A stretch of DNA of 64,000 nucleotides from a virus, in the IMG/VR virus record IMGVR_UViG_3300015371_000001, positions 77,277 to 141,276 of that record; one strand, given 5' to 3'. The translations under genes and the position numbers were made by a program. How positions within the stretch are numbered: the stretch's first letter is position 1; each line of letters opens with the position of its first letter. Below the pieces are notes generated by a model that made no database searches, was not told the origin of the DNA, and worked only from the letters and a program-made list of their open reading frames with translations. Positions 47,153 to 56,298 of this stretch are shown here, piece after piece.

Positions 47153-47217
47153 TTCACGATGTAGACGGTCGGCAACTAGGCGACAGGTACACTAGAGCGG
47201 TATGAAGGAGGCAGCAT

Positions 47218-47490
47218 ATGGCTGAGACAGTCCAGGGGTTTAAGTTCCCTAGTCGGTATCCGTGGGACCAGTGGGCCAACGGTGAGCAGTGGAAGTTGAA
47301 GCAGGGCGAGGACTTCCATGTGGGTACCAAGTCGTTCCGAGGAGCGGCCTGGCAGCACGCTCGGAGTAACAACCTTGGTCTCAGCACGTCCGTTGTTCGC
47401 GAGGACGGGGCGACCTACATGGTGGTTCAGTTCTCCAAGTCTGAGTCGGACCGGATTAGTCCGGGGTGGTCATCGACCCCCGAAGGTTGA
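47218..47490 (+). CDS. Small phage DNA-binding-type protein
   Basis: RYPWDQWANGEQWKLKQGEDF. Confidence 0.65.
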   Translation: MAETVQGFKFPSRYPWDQWANGEQWKLKQGEDFHVGTKSFRGAAWQHARSNNLGLSTSVVREDGATYMVVQFSKSESDRISPGWSSTPEG

Positions 47491-47533
47491 CATCTGTCTA
47501 CCTGAGCTATTATGGGCTCAGGAGGCAGTAATC

Positions 47534-48106
47534 ATGACTAATCACACACAAAACCGAGGGCGCGTTGCGCTCCTCAAGCTCCTCAGGATTCCGCTGTGGG
47601 TGGCGGTCGCCGCTTTGATGACTCCGACCTTGTCGAGCGCCGATGAGTCGTTGTCGGCACGGCAGGTGACTTCGGTCCCGCAGGCGACGCCTGATTTCAA
47701 GTCCAGCAATACGGTCGTGTTCGATTTGGCTCCGTCGGTCGACGGTGCCTGGAAGGTCGGCGCGGCGGTTCACTCGATGGAGAACAAGGCACCGGCTCTG
47801 CCGAACCTGATCATCGGGAACTGTGGGGCTCACCCGAGCGCCGGATGCGTCAAGGTGAATCAGATCAATAAGGCCAAGCCGTGGTGGTACCGCTGGGACA
47901 CCCAGGAGGCCATCGACTACGGCAAGATCACCCTCAACGCGCGACACGGGAAGTCCAAGCGCGCCTCGTGTGACGCCACGGCTCAGGTCATCGCTATCGT
48001 GGCCCACCACAGGCGAGGCAAGGGCTGTACTCGGGTCAACGCTCCGGCGTCAGCCAAGGAGTTGGGTGGGGCGGCAGCCTTGGCGATTCAGAACGCCTAC
48101 AACTAG
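47534..48106 (+). CDS. Secreted protein
   Basis: Signal peptide; paired Cys; GGAGGCAG SD. Confidence 0.65.
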   Translation: MTNHTQNRGRVALLKLLRIPLWVAVAALMTPTLSSADESLSARQVTSVPQATPDFKSSNTVVFDLAPSVDGAWKVGAAVHSMENKAPALPNLIIGNCGAHPSAGCVKVNQINKAKPWWYRWDTQEAIDYGKITLNARHGKSKRASCDATAQVIAIVAHHRRGKGCTRVNAPASAKELGGAAALAIQNAYN

Positions 48107-48127
48107 GGGAAGTCTCCGCAAAAGCCG

Positions 48128-48349
48128 ATGATCTACCTAGGGGTAGCTGTGGCTATTCCGGCTCTCCTCGCCCTTTGGTATCACCTACTACTCGTTTTGG
48201 AGAGAAGGGACCGGACGTGGTTCAGAAAACAGCCACGGCACCGACAACGACGGCGCTCGCGCCGACGGCTGATCAGACCGGCGTTCTCTGGCCTGGTGGT
48301 CGGCCTGATGCTGGCGTGGGTGGCGGCTGGAATCTGGGCTTCAGGATGA
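48128..48349 (+). CDS. Two-TM small protein
   Basis: TM, basic loop, TM. Confidence 0.55.
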   Translation: MIYLGVAVAIPALLALWYHLLLVLERRDRTWFRKQPRHRQRRRSRRRLIRPAFSGLVVGLMLAWVAAGIWASG

Positions 48350-48532
48350 CGGACCAGGCTCACTCGGAGGGTAGTCACCAGCCGAGGGAGTCGTCGGTCC
48401 GTTGTCTGCGTTGTCTGGTGCGGAACACCTACAACGTGCATGGGATCTGTGACCGTTGTGGACCGGAGACTTGCGACTTCTGCCGGTAGATATTCTTGGC
48501 CTCATCGTCTAAGATTGCGGTGGAGGCAGCAG

Positions 48533-48739
48533 ATGATCACACACGCACCGCGCAACCCGGATGTCACTCAGTGCGGTCAGGAATTGACCAAGGTGGCGAC
48601 CGCGTACAACCCAACGTGCTTCAGGTGTAAGCACAAGGAGCAGCGGCGTCTGAGGGAGTGGCGAGAGGCCAACGACCCCACGGAGGGCCGTGACGAACGA
48701 CCCACACCTTCGACGCACTGGCCCAGGCAGGATGCATGA
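48533..48739 (+). CDS. Small zinc-finger protein
   Basis: TAGATA-N17-TAAGAT promoter, GGAGGCAG SD; H..CG..TC..C. Confidence 0.6.
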   Translation: MITHAPRNPDVTQCGQELTKVATAYNPTCFRCKHKEQRRLREWREANDPTEGRDERPTPSTHWPRQDA

Positions 48740-48830
48740 CGTACGCTGGGTACGTAGCTCAGTCGTGCAGTGTGGCTGCCTCCAACTCGCCTAGCGGCGA
48801 GCCAGTTATCACACGGCGTTCTGAGCGCCA

Positions 48831-48879
48831 GTGGCCCCGCGCCCGGTTTCTCCGGAGAGCGCGGGGCCGCTCTTTTTTT
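48831..48879 (+). terminator. Intrinsic terminator
   Basis: GTGGCCCCGCGC / GCGCGGGGCCGC followed by TCTTTTTTT. Confidence 0.85.
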
Positions 48880-48920
48880 GAACTGCTAGAGAAATATGTC
48901 TCCGGTGAGTAGAAGGTGGT

Positions 48921-49205
48921 GTGCCTGGTCGCTGCGCTGGTTGTGGGGAGACGGACTCCTCGTGCAAGCGAGTGAAGCAGCACGTCATGAACTGCGCGTC
49001 GTACCTGGATCTGTTCCGGTCTCATCCGGAGCGAGCGCTGGAGCCGAAGGCGGAGTATGACCGGTGGCGTCGAGAGGACATGTCGCCGGAGGCGAAGGAT
49101 CAGCGGAAGGCCAAGCGGCTGGCTGGCACCTTCGCCCGTCTCGACCGAGAGCGGGACAAGCAGGCTAGGCGGTGGGAGACCCCGCCCGATCCTCTGGAGG
49201 ACTGA
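48921..49205 (+). CDS. Zinc-finger protein
   Basis: CAGC..H...C. Confidence 0.65.
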   Translation: MPGRCAGCGETDSSCKRVKQHVMNCASYLDLFRSHPERALEPKAEYDRWRREDMSPEAKDQRKAKRLAGTFARLDRERDKQARRWETPPDPLED

Positions 49206-49462
49206 TGTCGCGTAGTGCGTCGATGAAGCAGAGTCGACAAGACAAGCTGGACCGGATCTTCAAGGGCCGTCGGTGGCGGCTGGAGCGTGAGGTCCATCTG
49301 CCGGAGGGTCAGGTCTTTCAGACTCCCCTCGGAACGAAGGGCCGACACGGGTATCTGATCTTCGATCCGGACGACCCTGGCACGAAGTACGTGGTTGGCG
49401 CTAGGCTCATGCGCCTGGTCCACGATGAGTACGACCAGGACCTTCCAATCCCGAACAGCTAG
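49205..49462 (+). CDS. Hypothetical protein
   Basis: TGATG-coupled. Confidence 0.6.
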   Translation: MSRSASMKQSRQDKLDRIFKGRRWRLEREVHLPEGQVFQTPLGTKGRHGYLIFDPDDPGTKYVVGARLMRLVHDEYDQDLPIPNS

Positions 49463-49498
49463 GGTTATCGTACGGACATCCGTCCGGGGGCGACGGTG

Positions 49499-49528
49499 TT
49501 GATCTTCGGCAACCTGATTCAGTAGGGT
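49499..49528 (+). promoter_or_regulatory. Host-type promoter for the ECF-like sigma / clamp-loader unit
   Basis: TTGATC-N18-TAGGGT. Confidence 0.55.
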
Positions 49529-49555
49529 CTGGTCCTGTTCAGGAGGCAGCCAGTT

Positions 49556-50260
49556 GTGAACGCTTATCTCGATGACGAGACGCTGACCGAGGTCGACCCG
49601 TACGCGGCCCCAGCCAACGACGAGGAGGTGTTCAGGAAGTACTACCGGTACGTCCAACACCTTGTCGGCAAGCTCGGTGTTCCGGAGGGGATGAAGGAGG
49701 ACGTAGCCGCTGACATCTTGTGTCGCTTCTACGAGCGTCACATGTTGGAGGAGTACGACCCAGAGCTTGAGTTCGAGATCGACGGACGGAAGCGACCGGC
49801 GCGGTTCCTGACGTTCCTGTCCGGCTTCGTGACCACCTACACCCTGGGGAAGAAGGAACGTCATCTGAAGCGTGAGGGCCGGGAGCCCAAGATCGCTGAC
49901 GCACCGTATCGAGACACCGGGTCTCCCTGGATTGAGATGTTCGGCCCGGTCCAGCCGTCGGACCACTCCGAGGTAGAAGCAGCGGATCTGATCTCGTGCA
50001 TCCGCGCCTTCCTTGTTGAGGTGCCGCGCAAGTCGGATCGTGACCGTTGTGACCTCCCCCGGCTGTTCGATCTCGTCACTGAGATGACTTGGAACGACGG
50101 CAAGATCGACGCCAAGGAGTTGATGCGCGAGTTCGGGATCTCGTACTCCGCGATCCACTCGTGGCTGCGCTACCTCCAGACGCAGGTTCAGGAGGCGATG
50201 GAGTCGTTGGGCTTCGAGCGCACTGAGCGGCGTGGCTGGGTTCTAGCTCGGCCTTGCTGA
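49556..50260 (+). CDS. Divergent sigma-70 (ECF-like) factor
   Basis: Region 2-like FRKYYRYVQHLV..EDVAADI..YDP..RFLTFL; C-terminal HTH AKELMREFGISYSAIHSW. Confidence 0.65.
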   Translation: MNAYLDDETLTEVDPYAAPANDEEVFRKYYRYVQHLVGKLGVPEGMKEDVAADILCRFYERHMLEEYDPELEFEIDGRKRPARFLTFLSGFVTTYTLGKKERHLKREGREPKIADAPYRDTGSPWIEMFGPVQPSDHSEVEAADLISCIRAFLVEVPRKSDRDRCDLPRLFDLVTEMTWNDGKIDAKELMREFGISYSAIHSWLRYLQTQVQEAMESLGFERTERRGWVLARPC

Positions 50261-51075
50261 TGCGCTTCTACGGCCACGAGAAGCAGCGGCAAGCCCTGGA
50301 GTCGCACCTACCGCCAGTCGTGCTCCTACGAGGCCCACAGAGCGTTGGGAAGTACACCTTGGGTCTCTGGCTCCACGAGTACCACCGGTTCTCCTCGTCT
50401 GACCTGAGATTGGTCGAGAAGCTGTACGTGGAGGAGGCCCGTGATCTACAGCGATTCGCTGTAACGTCCCCGGTAGGCCGACACAAGCTGGCACTGGCCC
50501 GGCTGGACGGCGCGAGCGAACCGGCGCTCAACGCCATGCTCAAGACGTTGGAGGAGCCGCCGCCGACGATCAGCTTCGTGCTGACCGCGTCGGACTCCAC
50601 GTTGGACACCGTGATGTCGAGGGCTCACCTCGTCAACATGGGATTGCTCGCCGATGAGGATGTCCGAGGAGTCTTGGTCCAGCGGATGGGACTTGACCCG
50701 GCTCTCGCCGCCAGGGCCGCACGGCGAGGCCGAGGCCAGGTTGGGACCGCTTTGAAGTCTATCGAGGAGGAGTCGGCCAAGGCTCTTGTGTTGTCGGTGT
50801 TGAAGGCGTTGGCCGATGGCGATGAGGTCCTACTGAAGAAGGTGGCGACGAGCACCGGTATCAAGTGGGATGCCTCAGCTAGTTCCCTTCTTAACCGTTG
50901 GGTGGTCGAGGCCATCACCGGTCAGTGGTTGGTGTTCTCGCCTGGAGAGGACTTCGGTCTGGCGAAGGAGCGCGCGTTGTTGCGTCGGCTACTTCTTGCC
51001 CTTTCGAGTACGGCTCGGCCCCGGCTCGCCATGTACGCGGCCATGCAGCCGTTGGTTGCTTCGAGGAGGAGTTGA
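50260..51075 (+). CDS. holB: DNA polymerase III clamp-loader subunit delta'-like
   Basis: YGHE..LLRGPQSVGK..ALNAMLKTLEEPP..FVL..TVMSR. Confidence 0.85.
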   Translation: MRFYGHEKQRQALESHLPPVVLLRGPQSVGKYTLGLWLHEYHRFSSSDLRLVEKLYVEEARDLQRFAVTSPVGRHKLALARLDGASEPALNAMLKTLEEPPPTISFVLTASDSTLDTVMSRAHLVNMGLLADEDVRGVLVQRMGLDPALAARAARRGRGQVGTALKSIEEESAKALVLSVLKALADGDEVLLKKVATSTGIKWDASASSLLNRWVVEAITGQWLVFSPGEDFGLAKERALLRRLLLALSSTARPRLAMYAAMQPLVASRRS

Positions 51076-51230
51076 TGGAGTTCACCGGAGGATTCATCTT
51101 CTGCCCGGTCTGTGTCACCAAGATCGACTTGGTCTCTGAGGATCAGACCGAGTGGAGTTGCTACCAGTGCGACCAGCAGTGGACGTTGGTACTCGACCCG
51201 GCTCGCCTCGCTCGGTACTCCATTGCCTAG
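51075..51230 (+). CDS. Small zinc-ribbon protein
   Basis: CPVC..CYQC. Confidence 0.6.
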   Translation: MEFTGGFIFCPVCVTKIDLVSEDQTEWSCYQCDQQWTLVLDPARLARYSIA

Positions 51231-51443
51231 AGACTCGGTTGACCCTGAGTCGCCGACGGCGGGCTTGCGGATTGTACGGCAGGCAACCGCGAAGTTCCGA
51301 GGGTCGTGTTGTTTGGTTGACGATCATACAATCGGTAGAGGCGACAAGATCGTCCGTGTGATCGACAAGGAGGCTGTCGGCATGGAGATGGAACTTGGTT
51401 GGGCTTGCTCGACGTGTCGGGACCGGATTGCTCAGGGCTTGTG

Positions 51444-51716
51444 ATGGCGAAGCAGGCACGGCAGGAAGCCGCCGAGCGTCGGCTGAAGGAGATGCGCAAG
51501 CTCAACGGGGAGACGTACCTGGAGCTACAGGAGCGCGGCTACCCCATCACGGACTACGAGGTGTTGATGGTCCGGCTCGAAGCCGTCATCGAGCACTTCG
51601 TTCCCAAGGACTCACCAGACCGGCTCAACCTGGAGATCTACTTCGAGGGAGCCGTGAGCGAGTACCTGGCCGGTCGGCTCCGTCAGGTTGAGACCCAAGA
51701 GTCTCGTACCGGCTGA
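51444..51716 (+). CDS. Hypothetical protein
   Basis: TGATG-coupled on both sides. Confidence 0.6.
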   Translation: MAKQARQEAAERRLKEMRKLNGETYLELQERGYPITDYEVLMVRLEAVIEHFVPKDSPDRLNLEIYFEGAVSEYLAGRLRQVETQESRTG

Positions 51717-52705
51717 TGGCCAACTACACCCGCTTCATGCAGCGTGGCCGTGATCCTGGCCGGGTGACGTGGGTCTGCGGTACCGAGTGGGTGCTGCGCG
51801 AGGAGGTCGTTGATCACGTTAGAGATCAAGTGGGGGCGGCTGACTATGACAGCATGGCCTTCGTCGGAGGGGGTGACGCTGACCGCGACATCTGGGCGGG
51901 CGCGAATCAGTATCCGGTTGACCCTAGTGCTCCGCGATTCGTCCTGGTCCGTGAAGCTGAGCGGATTCGACATTGGCTCCCTCTGAAGGATTGGATCACC
52001 AACAGTCGAGCCCTGCCGACGGTCCACCTGGTGTTCGTGTCCTCGGAACCAGATTTCACAAAGGAGGACGACAAGCTGGCTCCTCCCTGCTCCTGGATTC
52101 GACAGTGGTCCTCCGGTGACCTGGTTCGGTGTTCTCCACTCGCGGCTACGGTGCCGACCAAGAACGGTCGCCCGACGAGAGCGGGACCCTCAGACGCGGT
52201 GGCCTGGGTGCAGAACATCTGCCCGATGAGCGAGCGGACCGCAATCTACCTGCTGACAAAGTCTGGTGGCGATCTCTCCAGGGCGAAGAACACTGCGATC
52301 AAGGCACGGATGTTCGGCGGACTCACAGAGCGAGCGGTGGATCTGCTCGGGACCAACGCGCCGGAGGAGGACTTCGTCCTTCGGCTCATCGCGCTCGACA
52401 AGGCGGAGGCGATCAAGGCGGCTCCGTTGGTACCCCCTTCGGAGTACCCTCGGGTGCTCGGTGAGGTGGAGTATCGGCTTCAGACGGTGAGCAAGGTGCA
52501 GGATCTCCTCCGGCAACGCCGGTCGGCGCATGAGGCCGGTGCTGTGGGACTGCCGGTGTTCGCCGCCAAACAGGTTTGGACCAGCGCCAAGCACTACGAC
52601 GACCGGAAGCAGGAGCACTGCCGGAAGGTGCTGGCGATGCTGGACGAGTACGTACAGAGCGGGAGCCGAGACGGGGTACTGGAAGGACTAGTGGCGCTGT
52701 GGTGA
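51716..52705 (+). CDS. holA: Clamp-loader subunit delta-like
   Basis: VTWVCGTEWVLREEVV..RFVLVREAE..AVAWV..LL.KSGGDL..; size and position fit. Confidence 0.7.
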   Translation: MANYTRFMQRGRDPGRVTWVCGTEWVLREEVVDHVRDQVGAADYDSMAFVGGGDADRDIWAGANQYPVDPSAPRFVLVREAERIRHWLPLKDWITNSRALPTVHLVFVSSEPDFTKEDDKLAPPCSWIRQWSSGDLVRCSPLAATVPTKNGRPTRAGPSDAVAWVQNICPMSERTAIYLLTKSGGDLSRAKNTAIKARMFGGLTERAVDLLGTNAPEEDFVLRLIALDKAEAIKAAPLVPPSEYPRVLGEVEYRLQTVSKVQDLLRQRRSAHEAGAVGLPVFAAKQVWTSAKHYDDRKQEHCRKVLAMLDEYVQSGSRDGVLEGLVALW

Positions 52706-53154
52706 AGGACGAGAGGTCGGCGATTGTCGACCGGCGTGAGCAGATTTCAGAGGAGCCCAGGCCCAAGCCGATGTACGGCAAGGCCGAGATCGAGGACACC
52801 CCCGAGGTCAAGGAGATCTGGCGGGTGTACCACCACGAATGGATCACGGTGTTCCGGTCGCAGCATCATGGTCTCTTGGCTCGGAAGGAGATCGACAACT
52901 TCTACGGCGTGAAGTACAAGGGTCGAGTCAAGCCTGAGGACGTGCGTGTGATCCCTACGTCACCGAAGAACCAGGACGAGTGGCCGTGGCTCCTCCAGTT
53001 GTTCTTGCCGAACATGCGAGGTGAGTTCCGTGATGAGGTGGACGCGAGGGCGTACGCCAAGTCGATGGACTTCACCGCACCCGTTGTGGTGATCAAAAAC
53101 TCTCTGCTAGATCACCAGATTCGGCAGTACGGCGTGAAGATGTTGGTCGGCTGA
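52702..53154 (+). CDS. Hypothetical protein
   Basis: GTGA-coupled. Confidence 0.55.
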   Translation: MKDERSAIVDRREQISEEPRPKPMYGKAEIEDTPEVKEIWRVYHHEWITVFRSQHHGLLARKEIDNFYGVKYKGRVKPEDVRVIPTSPKNQDEWPWLLQLFLPNMRGEFRDEVDARAYAKSMDFTAPVVVIKNSLLDHQIRQYGVKMLVG

Positions 53155-53173
53155 AACAGCTAGGGATTTCCGA

Positions 53174-53198
53174 CACGTAGGAGTATCACTCCTACGTG
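53174..53198 (+). promoter_or_regulatory. Hairpin covering the SD and start codon of the polymerase
   Basis: CACGTAGGAGT-ATC-ACTCCTACGTG. Confidence 0.6.
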
Positions 53199-55769
53199 AG
53201 TGGTAAGAACTATGGGCTCTTGCTGGACCCCGAGCAGTTCGAGGGGTTCATCAAGCGCATCGAGGACGAACAGCTTCCGTTCGGCTTCGACATCGAGACG
53301 GGCTACGACGGCGAGCCCAAGCAGAACGCCTCGCTCACATGTGAGGACCCGGTTAACAAGTTGGCCGGTGCGTCGTTCACTCCGAGCCTGGAGTGGGCTC
53401 GTTACATCCCGGTGCATCATGACCTCGGTCCGAACATGGACGAGTTGCCGTTCGCCGAGTTGTGGTGGCGTCTGCTCCAGACCGGCCTCGGGGTTCCGCA
53501 CAACGCTTCGTTCGAGGAGCGGCACCTGGCGACCTTCTTTCGGAAGGTCCTGTGGAATCACCCTGAGCTAGGTCCAGCCGTTCGAGCGTCGATGGGGTAC
53601 TTCCCTATCCGCTCCGACACGCTCATCGAGCTATACGTCGAGGCTGAGATCCGTGAGTTCAATCTGAAGCAGGCGACGTATGACAAGTACGGCCACCGGA
53701 TGACTGAACTGATCGAGTTGTTCCCTGATCTGCCCAAGAACCAGGCCAAGTCGCTTCGCTTCACGGTGTTGGAGTCCAGCCGTTCGGACGTGGTCGAGTA
53801 CGCCTGCGAGGACTCGCTGTGGACGTTGCAGCACCATATCGACACCTACCCCAAGGTGAAGGACAAGTTCATCTACAAGGTCGAGATGGGTGTCACTCCC
53901 ATCGTCTGTGCGATGGAGGACTTCGGTCTCCAGTACGACTGGTCCGCGATGCAGGCCGTCGCGATGCAGGCGGAGGCGTTCTTGATCAAGATGGGGGCAG
54001 AGATCCAGGAGGACCTGTCGGAGGCGGTGGGTGAGCTAGTCACCATCAACCTCGGGTCTCCGGCGCAGCTTCAGAAGATCCTCTACAGCAAGGTGGAGGA
54101 GGGTGGGCTGGGTCTCACCACCCGACGGCGGTCGAAAAAGACGAAGAAGCCGTCGACCGATGCTCAGGCACTCACCGGCCTGGCGAAGCAGCATCCGGTG
54201 GTCAAGCGCATCGTGGAGTGGAAGGAGATGCGCAAGCTCCTCGGTTCGTATCTGCGAAAGTACGAGAAGGAGTACTCCTACGCGCTGGACGGTCGTACGC
54301 ATCCCAACACGATCCAGACTGGCACCATCACTGGTCGCTTCGCTGTGACCAAGCCGCCGTACCAGCAGACGCCGAAGAAGTACGACTACAAGCTGCGGAC
54401 CGGTGAGACGTTCAAGATCGACTTCCGCGACTTCATCATCGCGCCTGCGGGCCACTACATCCTTGGGTTCGACTACAGCCAGGTCGAGCTACGGGTCATG
54501 GCCGGGGAGGCGCAGGAGCCGTCTCTGCTGTCGGCGTTCCGCAAGGCGGAGGACGTGCATGTGACGACGGCGAGCTTGATGCTCAGCCTTCCCAAGGACC
54601 AGGTCACCGAGGACCAGCGCTCTATTGGCAAGACGATGAACTTCGCGCTGCTCTACGGCATGGGGGCTCAGTCGTTGGCCGAGAAGCTGGGCATCGACAA
54701 GGCGGAGGCTGAGGGTCTGTATGCACAGTTCTTCTCGGCGTACTCCGCGATCTCCCTGTGGTCGCAGCGCCAGGAGGAGGCAGGTAAGTCGAAGGGCTAC
54801 ACCTACAGCCGGATGGGTCGTCGGCACACCATCTGGGAGTTGATGAGCGACGACGATTACATGTACTCCAAGGGCGAGCGCATGTGTGTCAACTGTCCGA
54901 TCCAGGGTGGTGCCGCCGACTACATGAAGGTGTCGATGATCCGAGCCGACAAGGCGTTGAAGGAGGCCGGTCTGATCGACAAGGTCCATCTGGTCATGAA
55001 TATCCACGACGCTCTTGAGTACTACGTAAGAGAGGACGTAGATCCTCAGGAGGTCATCGATGTTCTGCTGCCAGCCGTCACGCCACCGATCAAGGACTAC
55101 CCGCCCATCGTGGCGGAGTGGCATGTCGGTCAGAAGTGGGGCTCGGTGACCAAGCTGAAGCTGGACGAGAACGGTCAGATTGTTGGGGAGGATGAGAACG
55201 TCGAGGAGGACGACATCCCCGAGGAGCTACCGACTCCGTCGGCCAACCGTATGCGTCCGTGGTCTGAGGTGTTCCCGGACTTCATCGGAGACGTGGAGAC
55301 CAAGGGAGCCAAGCGAGCCCTCAACGTGGTTCGGTGGCAGCCAGGGCAGGACTACATCGGTGAGGTTCAATTCGATGCAGGCTATCCACATCCCCTAGAG
55401 ACTGAGACCGGGATGGAAGGCCGATGTATTCATTGCGGTTTGCTGCGCTCACCCCTTCACAAGCAGGCTTCTGAGATGTCACAGTCAGACGAGGGGAAGG
55501 AGGCAGCTTCGGGTAGATCGGTGCATATCCGGCTTCGCAAGATGCCTGACCCTGAGCAGTTCCAGGACTTCGTCCAGTGGATGGATCAGCGAGAGGGAAC
55601 CAACTCAGTGGTGTTGGAGACACCAGAGGGACCGTTGGTACTCGACAATGGCACCGCGCTTGACCTGTCAGACCAGGGAGCTATCAGCTTGATCTTCGGT
55701 GGGGCCGAGTTGTACTACCCGACCGAGGGAGTCTCGGTCGAGGAGATCACGGCTGGTATGGATCTATGA
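53196..55769 (+). CDS. polA: Family A DNA polymerase (3'-5' exonuclease plus polymerase) with C-terminal extension
   Basis: FDIET, HNASFE, YACED; GTITGR; DYSQVELRVMA; RSIGKTMNFALLYG; NCPIQG; NIHDA. Confidence 0.95.
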   Translation: MSGKNYGLLLDPEQFEGFIKRIEDEQLPFGFDIETGYDGEPKQNASLTCEDPVNKLAGASFTPSLEWARYIPVHHDLGPNMDELPFAELWWRLLQTGLGVPHNASFEERHLATFFRKVLWNHPELGPAVRASMGYFPIRSDTLIELYVEAEIREFNLKQATYDKYGHRMTELIELFPDLPKNQAKSLRFTVLESSRSDVVEYACEDSLWTLQHHIDTYPKVKDKFIYKVEMGVTPIVCAMEDFGLQYDWSAMQAVAMQAEAFLIKMGAEIQEDLSEAVGELVTINLGSPAQLQKILYSKVEEGGLGLTTRRRSKKTKKPSTDAQALTGLAKQHPVVKRIVEWKEMRKLLGSYLRKYEKEYSYALDGRTHPNTIQTGTITGRFAVTKPPYQQTPKKYDYKLRTGETFKIDFRDFIIAPAGHYILGFDYSQVELRVMAGEAQEPSLLSAFRKAEDVHVTTASLMLSLPKDQVTEDQRSIGKTMNFALLYGMGAQSLAEKLGIDKAEAEGLYAQFFSAYSAISLWSQRQEEAGKSKGYTYSRMGRRHTIWELMSDDDYMYSKGERMCVNCPIQGGAADYMKVSMIRADKALKEAGLIDKVHLVMNIHDALEYYVREDVDPQEVIDVLLPAVTPPIKDYPPIVAEWHVGQKWGSVTKLKLDENGQIVGEDENVEEDDIPEELPTPSANRMRPWSEVFPDFIGDVETKGAKRALNVVRWQPGQDYIGEVQFDAGYPHPLETETGMEGRCIHCGLLRSPLHKQASEMSQSDEGKEAASGRSVHIRLRKMPDPEQFQDFVQWMDQREGTNSVVLETPEGPLVLDNGTALDLSDQGAISLIFGGAELYYPTEGVSVEEITAGMDL

Positions 55770-56014
55770 CTTGGGGAGAGAGGGTGACCGATGTGTGCTC
55801 AGACCCGGCTGCGCGCATCGAGTTTCGTCTGCCGGTTGAAGCCACAGCCGACGGATTGCAAATCAGTGGAGAGATCGAGGAGGAGGCCCTGCGCATCGTG
55901 CGGGAGGACCCCCCGAAGGGACCGGCTCATCGTTGGTTCCCGCATGTGCTGAGGAGAGCGTCGGAGAATGTTCGCCGTCGTCGGCGCTGGCGAGAGCGGA
56001 AGGCGTCGAAGTGA
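55766..56014 (+). CDS. Hypothetical protein
   Basis: ATGA-coupled. Confidence 0.5.
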   Translation: MTWGERVTDVCSDPAARIEFRLPVEATADGLQISGEIEEEALRIVREDPPKGPAHRWFPHVLRRASENVRRRRRWRERKASK

Positions 56015-56298
56015 AGGTGATGGTGGGCGGCAGCTTCGTCTTTGCCGATGAATCTTGGCGCAAGTGTGACGTGGAGTGCAGTGAGGAGGACCTACATCGC
56101 CTTGGTGGCGAGCATGGGTTCGATCCGAGCAAGCTCACCTTGCGTCAGGCGTTTCGGCTACTGGAGCTAGAGGCAAGTATCTGCTGGTATACCGAGATGA
56201 TCGGTCGCTACGACATCATCTGGGACACGCCGTCGAACCGTGGCAAGCTCGCTGGGTTCAAGACGGCCAAAGAGAAGCTGTTGGCCGACATTGGCTGA
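56011..56298 (+). CDS. Hypothetical protein
   Basis: GTGA-coupled. Confidence 0.55.
   Translation: MKVMVGGSFVFADESWRKCDVECSEEDLHRLGGEHGFDPSKLTLRQAFRLLELEASICWYTEMIGRYDIIWDTPSNRGKLAGFKTAKEKLLADIG

Noticed and set aside
48748-48830. tRNA-like start GGGTACGTAGCTCAG and a CCA end
   Set aside because: No T-loop (TTCRA) or cloverleaf; kept only as a generic RNA candidate.
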